The position numbers and the translations under genes are program-made. DNA of 41,233 nucleotides. Origin: Gammaproteobacteria bacterium (GTDB lineage Bacteria; Pseudomonadota; Gammaproteobacteria; Pseudomonadales; Azotimanducaceae). Below, piece after piece: positions 36,873-41,233 of this stretch; the stretch's first letter is position 1; the number at the start of each line of letters is the position of its first letter. The notes below the pieces were generated by a model. The model was not told the DNA's origin, searched no databases, and worked only from the letters and a program-made list of their open reading frames with translations. The stretch covers positions 1 through 41,233 of the forward strand of contig JAYNPH010000004.1 of NCBI GenBank assembly GCA_038113685.1. Reading direction: 5' to 3'.

Positions 36873-38018
36873 ATGAACAGGTGGCGGGATCGAGTTTGGT
36901 TCATGTTGGCAATCATCGCCTGCTCTCCCCCGCACCTGAATGCCGCAGAAATTCAAACCAGCGACGAAGCCGAGATCGCCCTAGAAGAAGTAGTCAGCCA
37001 GCTCAACGATCTAGAAAATTGGCTAACCCAAGCGCAGCGGCAAAGCGCCGAGATCGAGGAACAAATACGTCAGCAGGACCGAGCCATCAGCGACTTGGTT
37101 ACCAAGGGGGAGACGTCTAGGACAGCACTCGCCAATACCCGCGCTGCGGTAGCAGGCCTCCAGCGCCAGCAGCAGCAGTTGCAACAACAGGTGAATGACC
37201 AGCGCGGCGCCATCATCGCGCACCTAAAAGCTTCTTCCCGGCTGGGCGGAGATGACTTCATAAAACAGCTGTTGAGTCAGCAGGCAAGCGCCGACGTCGA
37301 TCGACTTATACGCTACCACCGATATTTGGGTGAACAGCGCTTGGCCTCCATGAATCGTTACAAACAAAGCTTGGCGGACCTAGAGGAAGTACAGACCGAG
37401 CTGGACGTTAAGCTGCTGGAACAAACCGAACGGAGCCAAGTCTTGGCCCAACAGACCAGCGACCTAAAAGCCCAAAGGCAAGAGCGGTCACGGGCTATTC
37501 TCGCCCTGGCAGGGCAACGCAAATCGAAAACGGCGCAGCAACAAGCGCTGCTGGCAGACAGTGACCGCCTGCGGCGCCTGATCAATCAGCTGCGCACCCA
37601 AACGTCAACCTTGGATGGCAAAGCCTTCGCTGCCGCCAAGGGCAAGTTGCCCAGTCCTTTGAAGGGAAAAATTCGGCACAAGTTTGGGGACACCCGGGCG
37701 GGCACAAATCTGGACTGGCGCGGGATTGATGTCAGTGCCCCGGTGGGCGCCAACGTCACCGCGGTATTTCAGGGCAAAGTCATTTTCAGCGACTGGCTTC
37801 GGGGCTTTGGCCTTATCGCCATCGTGGATCACGGTGACGGCTATATGACCCTATACGGTCACGCAGACTCACTTAGCAAGAGTGCCGGTGATTGGGTGGA
37901 AGGCGGAGAAGTGGTGGCTCGGGCCGGCAACAGCGGCGGCGGCTATGAACCCGGCATCTACTTTGAACTGCGGCACAAGGGCGCAGTACAAAACCCCAAA
38001 CAGTGGTTGGCGCCGTGA
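36873..38018 (+). CDS. envC: Murein hydrolase activator EnvC
   Basis: Signal peptide, long coiled coil, degenerate M23 domain (WRGID, DHGDGYMTLYGH, YFELR). Confidence 0.9.
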   Translation: MNRWRDRVWFMLAIIACSPPHLNAAEIQTSDEAEIALEEVVSQLNDLENWLTQAQRQSAEIEEQIRQQDRAISDLVTKGETSRTALANTRAAVAGLQRQQQQLQQQVNDQRGAIIAHLKASSRLGGDDFIKQLLSQQASADVDRLIRYHRYLGEQRLASMNRYKQSLADLEEVQTELDVKLLEQTERSQVLAQQTSDLKAQRQERSRAILALAGQRKSKTAQQQALLADSDRLRRLINQLRTQTSTLDGKAFAAAKGKLPSPLKGKIRHKFGDTRAGTNLDWRGIDVSAPVGANVTAVFQGKVIFSDWLRGFGLIAIVDHGDGYMTLYGHADSLSKSAGDWVEGGEVVARAGNSGGGYEPGIYFELRHKGAVQNPKQWLAP

Positions 38019-39223
38019 ACGCAGATTCCGGCCAGCCAGCCCCCAGACCTATAACCCGTCGAACACTGACGCTTGGCATCGTGTTTGGAGTCGCCTTAGG
38101 CATAGTACTGGATCGGGCCGCAGTGATGCCGTCACCAGATCTACAAAGTCTGCAGCGAGCCAAACAACAAATCCACGAGCACTACCTTGGCGGCATCGAT
38201 GGCAGCGTCCTAGAACGCGGCGCTATCAGGGGCATGATTGGCAGCCTTGATGACTATTCCGAAGTGCTGACCCCCGAAGCCTATGAGCGACTGTTGAAAG
38301 AATCGCAAGGCGGTTTTGTTGGCGTTGGGCTGGAGATTACACTGGAGGACGGGGTTTTCACCGTGTTAAGCACGCTGGACAATTCGCCGGCGGCGTCCCA
38401 AGACATACGTCCCGGCGATCGCATCAAAACCGTGAACGGCGAGGCTGTAAAGGGCAAGCTGCTTAGCGAGCTTGTGGGGCTGCTTCGGGGTGAGCAGGAC
38501 ACAGACGTGGCCATCGGCTTCTCGCGCCGCTCAATGACTGCGGGCGCGGCTTACCAATTTGAGCTGATCCTGAAGCGATCGAAACTTACCGGCGTATACC
38601 TGCAATCGCAGATGGTCGCTGAAGAAATCATGCACCTGAAAGCGACTCAGTGTTATGACGGCTTGGCCGAGGATCTTGTGCGAGCTGTGCAGGCCCAGAC
38701 AAGCCCGCAAGTCGCCGGACTCATTCTGGATCTGCGGAACAACCCAGGAGGCACCTTAAACTGCGCGGTCGCAACCGCAGACTTATTTTTGCATAGCGGC
38801 CAGATCGTCACCACGGCTACCACAGAGTTACCGCCAGAGGCGGAAAACTCGGTCGCCTACTCGGCAGGGCATGAGACGCCGCTGCAAGCGTTGCCAACCG
38901 TCGTCTTGGTCAACGCGGGCACCGCCTCCGCCGCAGAGATCATTGCCGGCGCCCTGCAGGATCAAGGACGGGCCAAAGTTGTTGGCAGCCAGACCTTTGC
39001 TAAAGGCACCGTGCAAACCCTACTGCCACCTCTGGCAAACGGCAGTGTTCTGAAAATCACCACAGGCATTTATCTGACCCCGAACGGGCGAACCTTTAGC
39101 GCGCAGGGCTTAATGCCAGATGTGCTGCTCGCCGAAGGCGAATCGGCGGTTACTAAAGCCCTCTCGATCTTGACCCAGTCATTGCGGCCATCGGCGCCGA
39201 CGGCACAAGGCGACGCCGGTTGA
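38015..39223 (+). CDS. ctpA: S41 carboxyl-terminal processing protease
   Basis: PDZ (FVGVGLEI), ILDLRNNPGG, catalytic Ser in TASAAEI and Lys in TFAKG; GTG overlaps envC stop. Confidence 0.88.
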   Translation: MNADSGQPAPRPITRRTLTLGIVFGVALGIVLDRAAVMPSPDLQSLQRAKQQIHEHYLGGIDGSVLERGAIRGMIGSLDDYSEVLTPEAYERLLKESQGGFVGVGLEITLEDGVFTVLSTLDNSPAASQDIRPGDRIKTVNGEAVKGKLLSELVGLLRGEQDTDVAIGFSRRSMTAGAAYQFELILKRSKLTGVYLQSQMVAEEIMHLKATQCYDGLAEDLVRAVQAQTSPQVAGLILDLRNNPGGTLNCAVATADLFLHSGQIVTTATTELPPEAENSVAYSAGHETPLQALPTVVLVNAGTASAAEIIAGALQDQGRAKVVGSQTFAKGTVQTLLPPLANGSVLKITTGIYLTPNGRTFSAQGLMPDVLLAEGESAVTKALSILTQSLRPSAPTAQGDAG

Positions 39224-39227
39224 GCGC

Positions 39228-39965
39228 TTACGCGTCGAGAAGTGCCTGCCCCTGAGCCACGTCTAGAGTGCCCTCGTATATGGCCCGTCCGGTGATGGCT
39301 CCAAAAAGCAGCTCAGGCGAGTCAGCAAATGCCGTTTTCAACGCCGACAGGTCGGCAAGCTCGGTGACACCGCCAGACGCGATCACCGGCAGCCGGGCGG
39401 CCTTCGCTAACGCCAGCGTCGCGTCCACGTTAAGCCCCTGCATCATGCCATCGCGGTCGATGTCGGTATAAACAATCCCCGCCAGCGGTAGCTCAGCTAA
39501 ATGCTGCACAAACTCCAGCGCGGTAATTCCCGCATCTTTATCCCAACCCTCAGTAGCCACCACACCACCTCGGGCATCCAATCCAAGAATAACTTTGCCG
39601 GCATACTGGCGTGCCATGGTTTGTAGAAAAGCCGGCTCCTCAACTGCCTTGGTGCCCAGTATTAATCCCTGAACACCGGCCTCTAGGTAGGCCTCGATGA
39701 TCTGCTGGGTACGGATACCCCCGCCTACCTGTACCGGCACATCGCCCATGGCGCGAACCATGTCCCGAATCAGCTCGCCGTTGCGAGGGACGCCGGCAAA
39801 TGCCCCATCCAAATCAACGATGTGCAGTCGTCTCGCGCCCTGAAATTTCCAGTGCTCAGCCATGGCCACGGGGTCTTTGGAGAACACCGTAGAATCATCC
39901 ATTCTCCCCTGGCGCAGGCGCACACATTGGCCCTCTTTAAGGTCAATGGCGGGTATCAAAATCAC
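39228..39965 (-). CDS. hisA: ProFAR isomerase
   Basis: IPAIDL..GQCVRL.QG, HIVDLDGA, GGGIR, YTDIDRDG, ASGGV, GRAIYEG. Confidence 0.97.
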   Translation of the reverse strand: MILIPAIDLKEGQCVRLRQGRMDDSTVFSKDPVAMAEHWKFQGARRLHIVDLDGAFAGVPRNGELIRDMVRAMGDVPVQVGGGIRTQQIIEAYLEAGVQGLILGTKAVEEPAFLQTMARQYAGKVILGLDARGGVVATEGWDKDAGITALEFVQHLAELPLAGIVYTDIDRDGMMQGLNVDATLALAKAARLPVIASGGVTELADLSALKTAFADSPELLFGAITGRAIYEGTLDVAQGQALLDA

Positions 39966-39967
39966 GG

Positions 39968-40555
39968 TTACAAGCTGCCCTTAGTAGAGGGCACGATACC
40001 GCTCATCCGCGCATCTTCGGCCACTGCCACGCGCAGCGCGCGACCAAAGGCTTTAAATAAAGTCTCCGCTTGGTGGTGAGCGTTTTCGCCAAACAAATTA
40101 TCCAGATGCACGGTCATCATGGCGTGGTTTACCAACCCTTGGAAAAACTCTCGCAGCAAGTCCACGTCGAAGTCGCCGACCCGCCCGCGCGTGTAGTCAA
40201 CTCGATAGTGCAAACCCGGCCTGCCGGACAGGTCGATAACCGCCCGCGATAGGGCCTCGTCCAGCGGTACATAGGCGTGCCCGTAACGGGTAAGCCCGCT
40301 TTTATCGCCAATAGCCTTATTCAGAGCTTGGCCTAGGACGATGCCAACATCCTCAACCATGTGATGGGCATCGACTTCCAGATCACCAGTGGCTTCCACA
40401 TGAATATCGATCATGCCGTGACGCGCAATTTGCGTCAGCATGTGATCAAAAAATGGCAGACCGGTTGCAAAGTGGCTGGTGCCATCGCCATCTAAGTTAA
40501 TGCTGAGTTTTATCTGGGTTTCAGTGGTATCCCGATTGATAGAAGCCTGGCGCAC
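39968..40555 (-). CDS. hisB: Imidazoleglycerol-phosphate dehydratase, monofunctional
   Basis: [40 protein letters not shown]. Confidence 0.97.
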   Translation of the reverse strand: MRQASINRDTTETQIKLSINLDGDGTSHFATGLPFFDHMLTQIARHGMIDIHVEATGDLEVDAHHMVEDVGIVLGQALNKAIGDKSGLTRYGHAYVPLDEALSRAVIDLSGRPGLHYRVDYTRGRVGDFDVDLLREFFQGLVNHAMMTVHLDNLFGENAHHQAETLFKAFGRALRVAVAEDARMSGIVPSTKGSL

Positions 40556-40730
40556 GTTGTTCTCTCTTGGTGTTGGGAAAATGGTGTTGAGAAAAAGTTG
40601 CTTATCCTGCGGAGCCGGCAGGTTTAGCGTGGTGCAGTTTAGCCGCCTTTTGGCCGCCTTTCACGAGGAATACAGTGTCCCCTGGATAGTCAGACAAAAC
40701 AGCGCCAAGCCCAAGCCAAGCACTGCGGGG

Positions 40731-41138
40731 CTAAAGCCTGTCCATCAGATCACCATGGGGCAGGTATCGGTTATCCGTATTTTCCTTGATCCAGGCGGTT
40801 AACTCCGGCGTCATTTCGCGTCGCTTTTTCAACGCCTTTGCCAGCGACACGACCGGTGACTTCGCACCCGCCTGCCAGCTCGAAAACTGGCCCTCACCAA
40901 GGGTAAATAGTCGGACCAGCGCAACAACGTCAGTCGCAGCCAGCTCTTGAGCAGCCTCTAGCCAACCCGAGTGCGTCAGCAAGGGCTGTAAGTCATCCAC
41001 TTCGTCGTCACTAAGATCAAGCTGTCCAGCGTCCGCGCTCTGGCGCTGCGCTATCTCAAGGGCGCGCTGAAGTATGTGCCCGTCTATAGGCTCGGCCTGC
41101 CTATTGAGTTGCTTAGGATCAAAAGTACCAACACTCAT
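40731..41138 (-). CDS. Hypothetical protein
   Basis: 135 aa with GAGG RBS, TACACT upstream, protein-like composition and motif-like C-terminus; no function recognised. Confidence 0.75.
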   Translation of the reverse strand: MSVGTFDPKQLNRQAEPIDGHILQRALEIAQRQSADAGQLDLSDDEVDDLQPLLTHSGWLEAAQELAATDVVALVRLFTLGEGQFSSWQAGAKSPVVSLAKALKKRREMTPELTAWIKENTDNRYLPHGDLMDRL

Positions 41139-41233
41139 AACAACCTCACGATGGGCATCTTGAAAATTCTATCTTTGCGTAAAATCAGGGCGGTAGTGTA
41201 AAGCATGTAATACCGCAAATACGCGAGTAGAAA

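Noticed and set aside
37160-37190. CAG/CAA-rich run in envC
   Set aside because: Encodes a Gln-rich coiled coil with mixed codons; not a contingency repeat
37690-37980. Missing zinc ligands in the M23 domain
   Set aside because: A degenerate LytM site is normal for EnvC
40705-40721. Short CCAAGC-type tandem repeat
   Set aside because: Three short imperfect units with no spacers; no supportable function
1-41233. tRNA, rRNA, CRISPR, IS, prophage or defence genes
   Set aside because: None seen; the window is almost fully tiled by recognisable core genes and the gaps lack such signatures

Overview
Core-genome window of a gammaproteobacterium whose gene order closely follows the Pseudomonadales backbone: gltB-gltD >< SPOR/damX-aroB-aroK-pilQ-pilO/P-pilM/N <> mrcA >< rpmE <> priA-SPOR-hslVU-DUF971-ubiEJB-hisE-tatABC >< dtd-typA <> GS-ntrBC-trmL >< secB-rhodanese <> gpmI-envC-ctpA >< hisA-hisB-hypothetical. 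I see no tRNA, rRNA, CRISPR array, transposase, phage or defence gene. The unusual signals are modifications of core loci. (1) The five-gene pilMNOPQ module is compressed into three strongly diverged ORFs: a PilM-PilN fusion, a PilO-PilP fusion and a short secretin without AMIN domains. (2) The glnA slot holds a 337-aa type II glutamine synthetase behind an intact NtrC/IHF/sigma54 promoter and a structured leader. (3) The gltBD pair has an NADH-type fingerprint and is inverted relative to the usual arrangement. (4) ntrBC appears to have its own sigma54 promoter. (5) hisH, hisF, hisI, argS and grxC are cleanly absent from their usual slots. All product calls come from motif recognition and recalled gene order; no database search was run.
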